Assembly: GCA_021737275.1 (NCBI GenBank)
Contig: JAIPEE010000015.1
Span: forward strand, 12,772-76,771
Length of the DNA: 64,000 bases
Reading direction: 5' to 3'
Source of the DNA: Desulfobacterales bacterium
GTDB taxonomy: Bacteria; Desulfobacterota; Desulfobacteria; Desulfobacterales; JAIPEE01
The notes beneath the pieces are model-generated. The model did not search any database and was not told the origin of the DNA. It saw only the letters and a list, made by a program, of their open reading frames with translations. The number at the start of each line of letters is the position of its first letter. Positions within the stretch are counted from its first letter, which is position 1. Both the position numbers and the translations under genes were made by a program. Shown here one piece after another: positions 40,941 through 50,763 of this stretch.

Positions 40941-41651
40941 TTATAACCCCAAATTTTTCATAAAATCATCATCAACAGCGGATGTATCCGGTTCAGGCGC
41001 TTTTTTAGAACCGTTTGCCTTAAAGTCTGCCATAATCTGATCCGGATCGATTGTCTCTTCATCTTCCTGCACAAAAGAAAAGAGCTGGGTGAACTTGGTG
41101 TTTTCAATAGCGGTTTCCATGTAAAATGGGTAACCGGAAGAGGTTTTAAATGAAATTCTGCTAAATAATGGTCTGTCAATCGCAGCAGCAATTGAGACCA
41201 TGAGTTCTTTATTAATGACAATCATCTTGGGCTGGTTCTGATTTACAGAGACCCTGAGTGTTCTTTCCAGTTCAACCCTGAAATCACCGATGATCTGATT
41301 CATCAGTTCACCAAGGCTGTCCGCCACTTCATCGGAAGTATGGAGACTGGCCAGTTCATTTTCAGGAAGCCCCATGCTCATCATGTATTTTTTATAAATC
41401 TCCACTGCTGAATCAGCTGAGAAATTTATTATAACAAGGCCGGAAAAACCGCCGTCAAAAAGAACAAAACAACCGATATCCGGCTTTAAACAGGTTTTGG
41501 ATGTTTTTTGTATTATTGGTGAAAAATTAATTTCTGTTTTTGTTGTGAGTTCCAGAACTTTTTTTGTGGATTTACATAAAATCTTCAATACATCATCGGT
41601 TGTTTTGGATTTTTTTGTAACCGTTGATCCCTTTTTAGCCGTTGTTGTCAT
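40941..41651 (-). CDS. Hypothetical protein, possibly with a CheX-like fold
   Basis: Start chosen at MTTTAKKG. The central region (GCFVLFDGGFSGLVIINFS...LGELMNQIIG) resembles CheX-type phosphatase domains, but recognition is weak. Confidence 0.4.
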   Translation of the reverse strand: MTTTAKKGSTVTKKSKTTDDVLKILCKSTKKVLELTTKTEINFSPIIQKTSKTCLKPDIGCFVLFDGGFSGLVIINFSADSAVEIYKKYMMSMGLPENELASLHTSDEVADSLGELMNQIIGDFRVELERTLRVSVNQNQPKMIVINKELMVSIAAAIDRPLFSRISFKTSSGYPFYMETAIENTKFTQLFSFVQEDEETIDPDQIMADFKANGSKKAPEPDTSAVDDDFMKNLGL

Positions 41652-41992
41652 GGTACTCTCCGTAAAATTTGGGGTTATCCGGAAGGTTTTTTCCGGAAAT
41701 TGGATTAAGCCCGGAAACACTGTGAGAAATTACATTAATTTAAAAATATAACAGAACACTTTATATGTTTAAAGTATAAATTGAATAAATTGTTTTTAAA
41801 TCCAAAGAAAATAAATATCATTTAAAAATTCAAATCAGAATAGGATTTTGCTAATATTATAGTATTGATCAATCTTTACTTTTGTGATGATAATCAAACT
41901 TTTATAAATATACGGACTACAGATAAAAAATGTTCATAAAAGTATAAGTATTTTATTTATTGGGATATATTCATTCAGGGTTAAATATTAAA

Positions 41993-42328
41993 ATGGTTGA
42001 TAAAGATAGCGCAATAGCGGAAATTCAAAGATTAAAAGATGAGATTAAATCTGTAGAAAGCAGGGTCAAATTGTATCTGCATGACAGGAAAAACAATCCG
42101 CATCCCGAACATGAAGAGTTTGTAACCCGTGTCAGGATAAGGGAATCTGTTTTAAGAAAAACAAACAACAGGGATGTTATATTCTGGCTGGATAACCTTA
42201 TGCATAGTTTGTCGGTATATGATCATTACTGGCGAAAAGATTTTGAAGATGATGCAGAACAAATGCGTAATAGAATCAGGGAAAAAACAAATTCTGAAGT
42301 TATTGACCTTACCCGCATTGTACGATGA
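41993..42328 (+). CDS. Hypothetical small charged protein
   Basis: ORF in an AT-rich region, ATG at 41993. No recognised family. Confidence 0.35.
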   Translation: MVDKDSAIAEIQRLKDEIKSVESRVKLYLHDRKNNPHPEHEEFVTRVRIRESVLRKTNNRDVIFWLDNLMHSLSVYDHYWRKDFEDDAEQMRNRIREKTNSEVIDLTRIVR

Positions 42329-42662
42329 TATTTTCTGTAACTAAAAGCGGATGGGGCCAATACAATGACTTTTAGGAAAATTGATACCGGGTTGAAGTCA
42401 TCTCCACAATTTTGTAGAGCGTGCGAATATTAAAATTATACTACGTATCTCTTATGGATATTCCGTTAGTGTGGCGTCATCCGGTTTATATTAAACTCAA
42501 AAAGTATAATCGAAAAAAGCGACTTTTGGATATATTTCGTCTGTTTCACAGGTTGAACAGATTTTGATTGTATTAACCCGTTTAAAGTGTTATCAAGCAG
42601 GACAAATGTTGTTGCAAAGATAATAAAAAACGCAGCAATAAATGAATTTAAAAGGTTATTGA

Positions 42663-43412
42663 ATGGCCCAAAATCAGACTTGTCGGATTTTATCATTATT
42701 TATATTTTTTCTGTTTCTATCTTTTGCTTTTTGTTTTGACGCCGCAGAGTCTGGCGTTATTGAGTCTCGTTCCTATTTTAAGCAGGTAGGATCCGACTCT
42801 TTTAATGCTATCTGGCAGCTGGCAAAGACAGATCAACTCGTTGTTTTGTGGGAAGAGCCTGCTGAAAAAACCATAACAACAAATAATTTCTCCCTTGAAA
42901 CCCTTCATTGGGAAATCAGTAATCCTGAAAACAATACAAATGCTTCTATAAGAAGAGAGGGAAATATTCTTTATGTCACAGGAACGCTCAACGGCAATCC
43001 TATAGATAAAAAGAAAGAGATTGATGGCAGCCCCTGGTATCAGTCAACAGCCGTATCATTGAGACCCTTCATTGTCTCCGATCAGGAGAATCTTGATTTC
43101 TGGTCCGTCAGGGAAGAGACACTGGGCATTCATAAAATAAGGGTCACCAAACTAAGTGAAGAAATACTCTCGATAAATGGTGAAAAGATCCCGGTTCAAA
43201 AGGTAAAAATTTCTCTTACCGGAATCCTGTCTGCTTTCTGGAAAAGCCATATCTGGTATAGACAGTCAGATGGTGTCTTTGTTCGTTTTGAAGGTCCCAG
43301 TGGACCACCCGGTAGTCCACATATGATCGTTGAACTGATAAGTCAGGATAACGGTCTGATCGTGCCGGCAAAGTTTGAGGGCAACCCTTTTAAAGTGTTT
43401 ACCGACTATTAG
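42663..43412 (+). CDS. Hypothetical secreted protein
   Basis: N-terminal signal-like sequence (ILSLFIFFLFLSFAFCFDAAES), 249 aa. Confidence 0.5.
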   Translation: MAQNQTCRILSLFIFFLFLSFAFCFDAAESGVIESRSYFKQVGSDSFNAIWQLAKTDQLVVLWEEPAEKTITTNNFSLETLHWEISNPENNTNASIRREGNILYVTGTLNGNPIDKKKEIDGSPWYQSTAVSLRPFIVSDQENLDFWSVREETLGIHKIRVTKLSEEILSINGEKIPVQKVKISLTGILSAFWKSHIWYRQSDGVFVRFEGPSGPPGSPHMIVELISQDNGLIVPAKFEGNPFKVFTDY

Positions 43413-43433
43413 AATCCATCTTAAAAATATATG

Positions 43434-44723
43434 CTAATCAATTCTGAGGGTTCTAAATATTTTCTGTCCCTCTTTTATCTTTAAATCAGGCAGTTCAATT
43501 TTTCTTGTAGCCGTTCCTCCCTGACGTAATACAATATTGAGATCATGTGTGCCTGCTGGTAGTGGTATGCGGAGTAGTCTGATTTCAACCGGCAGTGTTT
43601 TCCAGCTTCGGGTGTCAGCGGATTCAACGATGATAAAAAGCGTTCGCAGCAAAAAGCCCAAGTATAGCTCATCATTCTCATTTATGCTTCTGATAATCGC
43701 TTCTTTAGCCGCTATTCTGGTTATCTCCTTGGCAATGATCAGTTTTTGACGCGCATCCAGAGATTTATCAGCAACAAGATCCAGTCGGGTATTGATCTTT
43801 ATATCCGTTGCGATCATTTTGTTGTCTTTCGTTTCAATATCTATTGTTATCGCCGGTGCAACGGATTTCATGTATACAGGGATGGAAAAGCGGAATCCGG
43901 GCGGCAGAATAATATCTTTAGATCGTTTTTCCGGAATGCGACCATTTGCAATAAATAGAACCAGCTCACTTTCGTTAAACCGGTTCTCAATGGTAATTTT
44001 TTGTTGATCCAGTTTTTTCTTATAAAATGCAGCTTCATCCATAATCCCCAGACCATAAGAGAGCCGGTAAAGCTTCGGCAGCAGAATATCAGCGTCCGGC
44101 ATTGACTCGGCAAGATTCTTATAGGCAATATAGGCATCATTATTTTCATGAAGCAGCTCATAACAAAGAGCTGTCAGTGCCTTTGTGTAATAGTCCTCTT
44201 TAAGCGGAACCGCATACGTTTGCTGTATTTTAAGCGCCTGTTTGCCTTCAACAAGTGCATCTTCATAAAGATCCTGAAGAAGATAGTTCATCATCAAATA
44301 AGTATGGATCCACAAGCGTTCGGCATATTCGCCTTTATAGGCTTTTATCCAGTCATTTGTAATAAGGGAGGCTGTTTCGGCCGTCAGGCTGATAAAATCA
44401 AGCCGTTTTAAAATTTTTGAAGCCTGGAGAAAGGCCAGGGTGCTGTTTTCATAATCACCAAGATAATGAAGGACGGTGCCTTTTTCCATATAAAAAAGAA
44501 GAAGATCCTTTTCAGCATAATCCGTATCATCTTCAAGAGCATCGGCTGCAGCAGCCGGATTACCACTGTAATATTTGTTTGTGGCGGTTGTGAGGCTGGA
44601 CGCACAACCGCCGGTGATCAATAAAGCAGCAAGAAGAGATAAGATGAAGCTATGGCGCAGTAAACCAAAACGTTTACCGGCGTGTGTAAAAAATCCGGCA
44701 CTCATAAGGAGATTACCATCCAA
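43434..44723 (-). CDS. TPR-like lipoprotein, unknown function
   Basis: Lipobox LLITGGC|ASS and TPR-like helical repeats (YYSGNPAAAADALE, GDYENSTLAFLQASK, YEDALVEGKQALKI). Last gene of the gsp-linked string. Confidence 0.55.
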   Translation of the reverse strand: MDGNLLMSAGFFTHAGKRFGLLRHSFILSLLAALLITGGCASSLTTATNKYYSGNPAAAADALEDDTDYAEKDLLLFYMEKGTVLHYLGDYENSTLAFLQASKILKRLDFISLTAETASLITNDWIKAYKGEYAERLWIHTYLMMNYLLQDLYEDALVEGKQALKIQQTYAVPLKEDYYTKALTALCYELLHENNDAYIAYKNLAESMPDADILLPKLYRLSYGLGIMDEAAFYKKKLDQQKITIENRFNESELVLFIANGRIPEKRSKDIILPPGFRFSIPVYMKSVAPAITIDIETKDNKMIATDIKINTRLDLVADKSLDARQKLIIAKEITRIAAKEAIIRSINENDELYLGFLLRTLFIIVESADTRSWKTLPVEIRLLRIPLPAGTHDLNIVLRQGGTATRKIELPDLKIKEGQKIFRTLRID

Positions 44724-45333
44724 TAATCGGTCTGGATGCTTCCCTTACAATTTCTGCGCTGTCAGCCCATGTAATCAAACCGGTAACAATGTCCGTCAAC
44801 TCCATATTCAGGCTGTAATATTTGAGTGATTTTTCAGTTACCCGTATACCGCGCCCTTCTTCACTGTCAATAGAGCGTAGTGTGCCTGTCAGCAGATACT
44901 GGGCACCAATCTGCCGGTAGCGTACCATGCGTGTTTCAGGTGCTACATTCGGCCCATATTCATATTTTAACTCTTTATCAATATTTTCACGCTGTGTTTC
45001 ACTCAGGAAAAGAAATTTGCCGGACATTACCAGCTCCTGCCGGATGTCATCTGTAATACCGCTTGTACTGATATGCTCGGATGTCCGATTGGCCACACCA
45101 TATATAATTACAACCGGTTTTTCAGGTTGATCGGTCAAGTGGTTTGTTCTGGAGAGCAGGGAGTCCACAAGGTCATTAACTATAGCTTTTTTATCCGAAA
45201 AATCATAAGCCTCATCGTAATGGACAATGTCATCCGGTGAATAGGTTTTGGTTGTCGTTGAGCATCCGGCCACAAAAAATAAAAGCACAGCTAAAACAAT
45301 CCATATTATGCTGTTAATACGAAGATTTTTCAT
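44713..45333 (-). CDS. LpoB-family (penicillin-binding protein activator-like) lipoprotein
   Basis: Lipobox FFVAGC|STT. Blocks IYGVANRTSEHISTSGITDDIRQELVMSGKFLFLS, IGAQYLLTGTLRS and LNMELTDIVTGLITWA parallel E. coli LpoB (recalled from memory). Confidence 0.65.
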   Translation of the reverse strand: MKNLRINSIIWIVLAVLLFFVAGCSTTTKTYSPDDIVHYDEAYDFSDKKAIVNDLVDSLLSRTNHLTDQPEKPVVIIYGVANRTSEHISTSGITDDIRQELVMSGKFLFLSETQRENIDKELKYEYGPNVAPETRMVRYRQIGAQYLLTGTLRSIDSEEGRGIRVTEKSLKYYSLNMELTDIVTGLITWADSAEIVREASRPIIGW

Positions 45334-45412
45334 GATATTTCATTATCCTTTCAAATGAACGGGTTGTTTTTTAAAAATATAACTTAATTATACCCAATTG
45401 TTACTATATGTA

Positions 45413-46348
45413 TCAATAGTTAATTTTGAAAGACAGAATTAATCCCTTTTCGGCCGGTGCCGCAGTGAGGTCTATTTTTGTATTCTCTTTCAGATAATCA
45501 ATATAGTTATTTGTCGTTTTACGGTTATATTTATGTGCACTGCCGACTGCACCATAGATATTTCCGGCATAAAAGCCTACCTCAACGAGGGAGATAACAG
45601 CGCCAAGGGCAACCATATCATTATCAAAAGATTCATATGCAGCAAGGATAAGTCCGGTATTGAGCAGAAAAGCGATCAGCGCATCCTGATAACGCTCACA
45701 GTACAGTTGTCCGGCGCCGGGTAAAATTGAAAGTGTGCCGGCCAGCCCGGGGTTTTTCATTTTAATAAGTGGTTCATTTTCTAACATTTCTGAAAGCTCA
45801 TCAATACGATAATCTGATCTGTTTTGTGTGCTTATTTTATCAAAGTGTCGGGCAGCCCGACCAAAATCAGCCATCTCAATATAACACCATCCGATTTTGT
45901 AATTTGCTTTATCTGCGACAATTATATCTTCAGTCAGTATTATCAGGTTTTGAAGTGTAGTAATGGCCTGTAGCGGGTTATTGGTCATTTTATGGCATTC
46001 GCTTAGCATGAACCATGATTCAATACCCAGCCGGGAAAAGCCGTACCGGTCAATCAGTTCATTAAAACCGGTAATGGCATTGGAATATTGCTTTCCCCTG
46101 AAACAAGCGATGCCAATTTGATATCTGGCTTTTTCACCACGATCATCATTTGGGAAAAAGTGGAGAAAACGTTCGTATTCCGCAACCGCTCTCCGGTATT
46201 CAGCTTTCGAAAAGGTGTGTTCGGCAAACGCAAACTGGCTGTCGGCATCAATTACGATAACGTTTCCGGCAAATACCGGGGAACTGAAGGCAACGCAGAC
46301 CAGAATTGAAAAAATAAACAGGCCGGCACGTAAGTGGATATTAGTCAT
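45413..46348 (-). CDS. Exported TPR protein with a C-terminal two-helix membrane domain
   Basis: Signal peptide, TPR repeats (YRRAVAEYERFLHFFP, KARYQIGIACF) and C-terminal NPGLAGTLSILPGAGQLY plus hydrophobic helices. Confidence 0.55.
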   Translation of the reverse strand: MTNIHLRAGLFIFSILVCVAFSSPVFAGNVIVIDADSQFAFAEHTFSKAEYRRAVAEYERFLHFFPNDDRGEKARYQIGIACFRGKQYSNAITGFNELIDRYGFSRLGIESWFMLSECHKMTNNPLQAITTLQNLIILTEDIIVADKANYKIGWCYIEMADFGRAARHFDKISTQNRSDYRIDELSEMLENEPLIKMKNPGLAGTLSILPGAGQLYCERYQDALIAFLLNTGLILAAYESFDNDMVALGAVISLVEVGFYAGNIYGAVGSAHKYNRKTTNNYIDYLKENTKIDLTAAPAEKGLILSFKINY

Positions 46349-46354
46349 ATGAAT

Positions 46355-46759
46355 TTACCACCAGAAATTGTTATTGCTTGTTGGGTCATAAACGTGTTTT
46401 TTACCATTTACCCAGACAGTATCTGAAAGGTTTACTTCATCCCTTCCGCATCGTATAAGTCGGTCACATGTCATCACCCATCCCTTTATGATGCCATGCT
46501 CATTAACGGCATCAGCTGCATAATGTGAACATGACGGGTACATGGCACAGCGGTCTCCGTCAACAGGTGATATATATTTTTGGTAGAAACGGATTGGGAC
46601 CGGGGTAATGTTTTCTTTAGAAGAATCCTCTGATTCATGTTTATCAGCCTCTCCGGCAAAAGCCGGCAAGCTGAAGAAGATAACTAAAACACAAAAAAAT
46701 GTAATGAAGCGTAATTTTGTCATAGTTTGCCGAACCTTCGTACTCGTAATCGTACTCAT
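46355..46759 (-). CDS. YidD-family (DUF37) protein with an N-terminal signal/anchor and C-terminal extension
   Basis: FYQKYISPVDGDRCAMYPSCSHYAADAVNEHGIIKGWVMTCDRLIRCG matches the YidD signature. At 134 aa it is longer than the usual 70-85 aa. Confidence 0.7.
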   Translation of the reverse strand: MSTITSTKVRQTMTKLRFITFFCVLVIFFSLPAFAGEADKHESEDSSKENITPVPIRFYQKYISPVDGDRCAMYPSCSHYAADAVNEHGIIKGWVMTCDRLIRCGRDEVNLSDTVWVNGKKHVYDPTSNNNFWW

Positions 46760-46813
46760 AATCTCAAACTTTTAAAAACCGATTAAGCGTAAGATTACGA
46801 GTAGGATTACGAA
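46736..46813. repeat. Hairpin-forming repeat, hexamer-periodic (family 1, second copy)
   Basis: Left arm cttcgtactcgtaatcgtactcataatct and right arm gattaagcgtaagattacgagtaggattacgaa are imperfectly complementary. They share gtactc/gtaatc units with 31464-31503. Confidence 0.65.
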
Positions 46814-46849
46814 AAAAGTATACTTTTCAGTCCTATGTCTCAGATGTCG

Positions 46850-48586
46850 TTAGGAAATATGCGTTACTCTGAGAACCTCCCCTATAGTCGTAAGACCGTC
46901 CAGTACCTTTTGAATTCCATCATTTCTCAGTGTAATCATTCCATTTTTCAACGCTTCTTTTTTGATTTTGTTAGCGTCATATGTTTTCAGAATCAAGCTC
47001 TTCAGCTGTTCATCAAGTTTCATGATCTCAAAAATAGCAATACGCCCCCGATATCCGGTATTAAAACATTTTTCACATCCCTTTGCTGTGTATACCTTAT
47101 GATTCTTAAATTGGTCAGGGCTCATGTTCAGACTTTCAAGGGTTGTATCATCCGGTGTATACCGTTCCTTGCAGTCATCACAGAGCATTCGCATAAGACG
47201 CTGTGCAACAACAGCAATAACAGATGATGAGATTAGAAAAGGTTCAACGCCAATATCGACAAGGCGTGTAATGGCACTGGCCGAATCATTGGTATGAAGC
47301 GTTGAAAATACAAGATGACCTGTCAGTGCGGACTGTACTGCTATTTCTGCTGTTTCATGATCACGAATTTCACCCACGAGGATAATATCCGGATCCTGGC
47401 GAACAATTGAGCGAAGACCGCGTGCAAAAGTCAGGTTTATCTTCGGATTAACCTGTATCTGGCTGATACCTTTGATTTGATATTCAACAGGATCTTCAAT
47501 CGTAATGATATTGACATCCGGTGTATTCAACGTTGTTAAAACCGAATAGAGACTGGTTGTCTTCCCGCTTCCGGTCGGTCCTGTAACGAGTACAATACCG
47601 TTTGGGGACTGAATGATTTCTGAAATCTCTTTAAAATGACGTGCAGAAAGCCCGAGGTCCGGCAAGTTTAGCACGGCATTTGTTTTGTTTAGCAGTCTCA
47701 GTACAACCCGTTCTCCAAAAGCAGTGGGGATGGTAGAGACACGAATATCAATATCCTGATCGCCCAGTTTAACTTCCAGGCGGCTGTCCTGGGGCAAACG
47801 TTTTTCAGCGATATTCATTTTTGACATGACCTTGATACGAGAGATCAGGGCCGGTTGAATCCATTTGGGCGGTGTCAGCAAATCGTATAAAATGCCATCT
47901 ACGCGGTAACGAACTTTAAAACTGTCCTGATAGGGTTCAATATGAATATCGCTGGCACGTGCCTTAACCGACTGAGATAAAATGTGATTGACCAGCTTGA
48001 TAATGGGTGCATCACTGGTATCATCCAGAAGGTCGGCCGTATCCTCTATCTCATTGATGATGGAATCGCCGTTTTCCTCCATGTCCTGAACCAGTTGCTG
48101 GGCTGAATCTCTGCTAAAGTTATAGGCCATATTAATAACTGAAAGAATTGCTTCCTTTGATGAAAGAACTATTTCGTAATCATTAATTTTGAGCAACCTG
48201 ACAAGATCATCAAGCGGCTGAACATCTGCAGGATTATTTATGGCGATGGTGCAGGACCGGGAATCAGGCGTCGATGGGTCGTCAGTTTTATCAGTATTAT
48301 GGTTGTTTTGGAGTGGAACAATATAATACTTTTTCAAAAACTGTATTGGCACAAGCTTTGTAAAACCAATACTGATATCATCAATCTGAAGGTCGGTTCG
48401 GAAAGGGAGATTGTACTTCTTGCCAAGTGCATCAAGAAGCTGGAATTCAGTAATAATATCCTTTTGGACAAGAACATCCGTTGGTCGTATATCTTTTTCT
48501 TCAGCAATCCGGCAAGCCTCTGCTAATGTATCCTCAGGGATACCGGTATGTTCACGGATTGTTTCTAAGATCGGTTTAAACATCAT
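46850..48586 (-). CDS. gspE: Type II secretion system ATPase GspE
   Basis: N-terminal T2SSE_N domain, Walker A (GPTGSGKTT), Asp/His boxes, and tetracysteine CDDC...CEKC. Confidence 0.92.
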   Translation of the reverse strand: MMFKPILETIREHTGIPEDTLAEACRIAEEKDIRPTDVLVQKDIITEFQLLDALGKKYNLPFRTDLQIDDISIGFTKLVPIQFLKKYYIVPLQNNHNTDKTDDPSTPDSRSCTIAINNPADVQPLDDLVRLLKINDYEIVLSSKEAILSVINMAYNFSRDSAQQLVQDMEENGDSIINEIEDTADLLDDTSDAPIIKLVNHILSQSVKARASDIHIEPYQDSFKVRYRVDGILYDLLTPPKWIQPALISRIKVMSKMNIAEKRLPQDSRLEVKLGDQDIDIRVSTIPTAFGERVVLRLLNKTNAVLNLPDLGLSARHFKEISEIIQSPNGIVLVTGPTGSGKTTSLYSVLTTLNTPDVNIITIEDPVEYQIKGISQIQVNPKINLTFARGLRSIVRQDPDIILVGEIRDHETAEIAVQSALTGHLVFSTLHTNDSASAITRLVDIGVEPFLISSSVIAVVAQRLMRMLCDDCKERYTPDDTTLESLNMSPDQFKNHKVYTAKGCEKCFNTGYRGRIAIFEIMKLDEQLKSLILKTYDANKIKKEALKNGMITLRNDGIQKVLDGLTTIGEVLRVTHIS

Positions 48587-48594
48587 TATCTGGT

Positions 48595-50727
48595 TTATTC
48601 CATTTTTTCAGCATCTTCAAAATCAGGTTCACCTGTTTCCGGCTGTTCAATAGTAAAGACTTCCGAGCCGATTATTTCATTTTCAACGGTAATGGATTCT
48701 TTCATTTCAATTACTTCAGGAACGGTTATATCCGGTTCTGAAACATCTTTATTCATATCTTTCGGTTCCGGCAAAGAGGTGTTATAATACTTTTTAAGTT
48801 CGGGGTTGTTCTCAATATCAATAAACTTATTTTTCTTTTCAGAATAAATTTCTTTTGCCTCTGCAGGTGTTCCAAGTACGCGGGGTGTAATAAAAAGATA
48901 AAGATTGGTTTTATTTCTCGTTGTGCCACTTGATCTGAAGAAATTTCCCAAATAGGGAATGTCTCCCAGGCACGGTACTTTATACTCTGTGCCGGACATC
49001 GTATCATCAATTAGTCCGCCAATAACAACCGTATCACTGTCTTTTACAATAACGGTTGTATCAATAGATCGTTTAAAAGTTGTCGGAGTAAGTGAAGACT
49101 GCCCGGTAAGTTTTGTAATTTCCTGGGATATTTTAAGACGGACCAGACGATCTTTGCTGATGTGAGGTGTTATTTTTAGTGTTACACCAACATCTTTATA
49201 TTCGAAGGAGCTGTATATCTCGGTTCCTGTTGTGCTGGCTGTAGAGCGGGTCTGATAAGGAATATTTTTACCAACCGTAATGGTTGCTTCCGCATTATCG
49301 GTTGTTAAAAGCTGCGGTGTTGAGAGAATATGGACATCGTCATCCTTCTGGTAGGCTTGAACAATAGCAGCAAGATTGGGAAAAATAAGATCTCCAATCT
49401 GAAGTGCTTCACCAAAGACACCGAGAGAGAATCCTGGCGGTAACGGTATGGGGGCTCCGGAAGGAGAGACAGAAGCGAAGCCCGGATCGCCGCCGGCAGC
49501 ACCGCCGGCAAATCCGCCGCCATAAATACCCTGCTTGCCATTATCATAAGTAAAATCATTACCGGCCGCCCACTCCACACCGAGCCTGAAGTCTTTATTT
49601 ACGTCTACTTCCATAATAAGTGATTCAATATAAACCATGGCCCTGGGGACATCCAGCTTTTCTATAATCTCTTTAATGACCTGATAATCTTCATTACCCG
49701 ACATGATAATAAGACTGTTTGTAGCCTTGTCGGCTGTTATTCTGGCCTTTGATGAGATAAGCGCCATGTTGGACGCCGTCTTATCCTGGGTTGCACCTTT
49801 AGTCGGAAGTTCCTGTAGAACTTTGGCTAACGCTTCGGCGTCGGCATTTTGAAGATAATAAACCTGAATTTTGCCTTTACCCCTGGGTGCTTCACGATCG
49901 AGTTCGATGACGAGTGTTTTTATCTTCTGCGTATTTTCTTCACTGGCAAGAATGACAACGGTATTGGTGCGTTCATCTGCAACAAATTTTACGATATTCT
50001 CGTTTACATCGGTTTTCTGATGGGGGGATACTGCAAAAACCCTGCTCAGAATATCTACCATGTTTTTCGCACCGGCATATTCAAGATGTATAACGCTTAG
50101 TTTGTTGCCAATACCGGTAATATCGATTTCATCAACAATTTTCATGAGTCGCTGGATGTTGGAATAGATGTCCGTCACGATCAGCATGTTCGTCGGCGGA
50201 TAATCAAGAATCACACTGTTTTTGGATACAAGAGGTGTAAATAGGTGTTTTATCTGGGTTGGATCCGCATATGTTAACGGAATGAGCTGGGTGACAACCC
50301 TGTCTTCCGGAGAGATCATATCGGAATTAAACCGGGTTTCTATGTTTTTTGTCCGGGCATCAGGAGAAGGGATAATTTTGATGACCTCACCGGCTTCAAC
50401 AGCTGCAAAACCATGTACCTCAAGCACGGATTGAAATACCCTATACGCTTCCCGGACAGAAATCCTGGCGGGCGAAATAATGGTGACCTTGCCCTTTACC
50501 CGTTGATCAATAACAAAGTTTCTTCCAGTCAGTTCACTGATAAACTTAATAAAGACACTGATATCAACATTGTTGAAATCAATATTTACCGATCTGTCGG
50601 TCGGTGATACGTCGTTTGCTGGGCCTGTTTCCTTTCTTTCTGCGAAAGATGGTGTCGTAAAAGTAAGCAGCACTGAGATTATAAGCATTCCAAAAATAGT
50701 AGTTGAGAGATAGCCTCTTGTTTTCAT
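48595..50727 (-). CDS. gspD: Type II secretion system secretin GspD
   Basis: Signal peptide, N0-N3 domains (NFVIDQRVKGKVTI) and C-terminal secretin domain (VVIGGLI...VPCLGDIPYLGNFFR, LYLFITPRV). Confidence 0.92.
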   Translation of the reverse strand: MKTRGYLSTTIFGMLIISVLLTFTTPSFAERKETGPANDVSPTDRSVNIDFNNVDISVFIKFISELTGRNFVIDQRVKGKVTIISPARISVREAYRVFQSVLEVHGFAAVEAGEVIKIIPSPDARTKNIETRFNSDMISPEDRVVTQLIPLTYADPTQIKHLFTPLVSKNSVILDYPPTNMLIVTDIYSNIQRLMKIVDEIDITGIGNKLSVIHLEYAGAKNMVDILSRVFAVSPHQKTDVNENIVKFVADERTNTVVILASEENTQKIKTLVIELDREAPRGKGKIQVYYLQNADAEALAKVLQELPTKGATQDKTASNMALISSKARITADKATNSLIIMSGNEDYQVIKEIIEKLDVPRAMVYIESLIMEVDVNKDFRLGVEWAAGNDFTYDNGKQGIYGGGFAGGAAGGDPGFASVSPSGAPIPLPPGFSLGVFGEALQIGDLIFPNLAAIVQAYQKDDDVHILSTPQLLTTDNAEATITVGKNIPYQTRSTASTTGTEIYSSFEYKDVGVTLKITPHISKDRLVRLKISQEITKLTGQSSLTPTTFKRSIDTTVIVKDSDTVVIGGLIDDTMSGTEYKVPCLGDIPYLGNFFRSSGTTRNKTNLYLFITPRVLGTPAEAKEIYSEKKNKFIDIENNPELKKYYNTSLPEPKDMNKDVSEPDITVPEVIEMKESITVENEIIGSEVFTIEQPETGEPDFEDAEKME

Positions 50728-50763
50728 ATGTCCCTGGTTCGGTATTTTTTTAATATTAAGTTA

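Noticed and set aside
42466-42696. 76-aa minus-strand ORF overlapping the start of the secreted-protein gene
   Set aside because: It sits in an AT-rich spacer, has no RBS or homology, and overlaps a better-supported gene start.
46835-47227. 130-aa plus-strand ORF at the 3' end of gspE
   Set aside because: It is antisense to gspE, whose C-terminal motifs (CDDC...CEKC) are encoded on the opposite strand of the same nucleotides.
48347-48361. Sigma-54-like motif TGGCAC-N5-TTGT
   Set aside because: It lies on the plus strand inside minus-strand gspE with no downstream plus-strand gene, and it mismatches the -12 element. It is most likely a chance occurrence.
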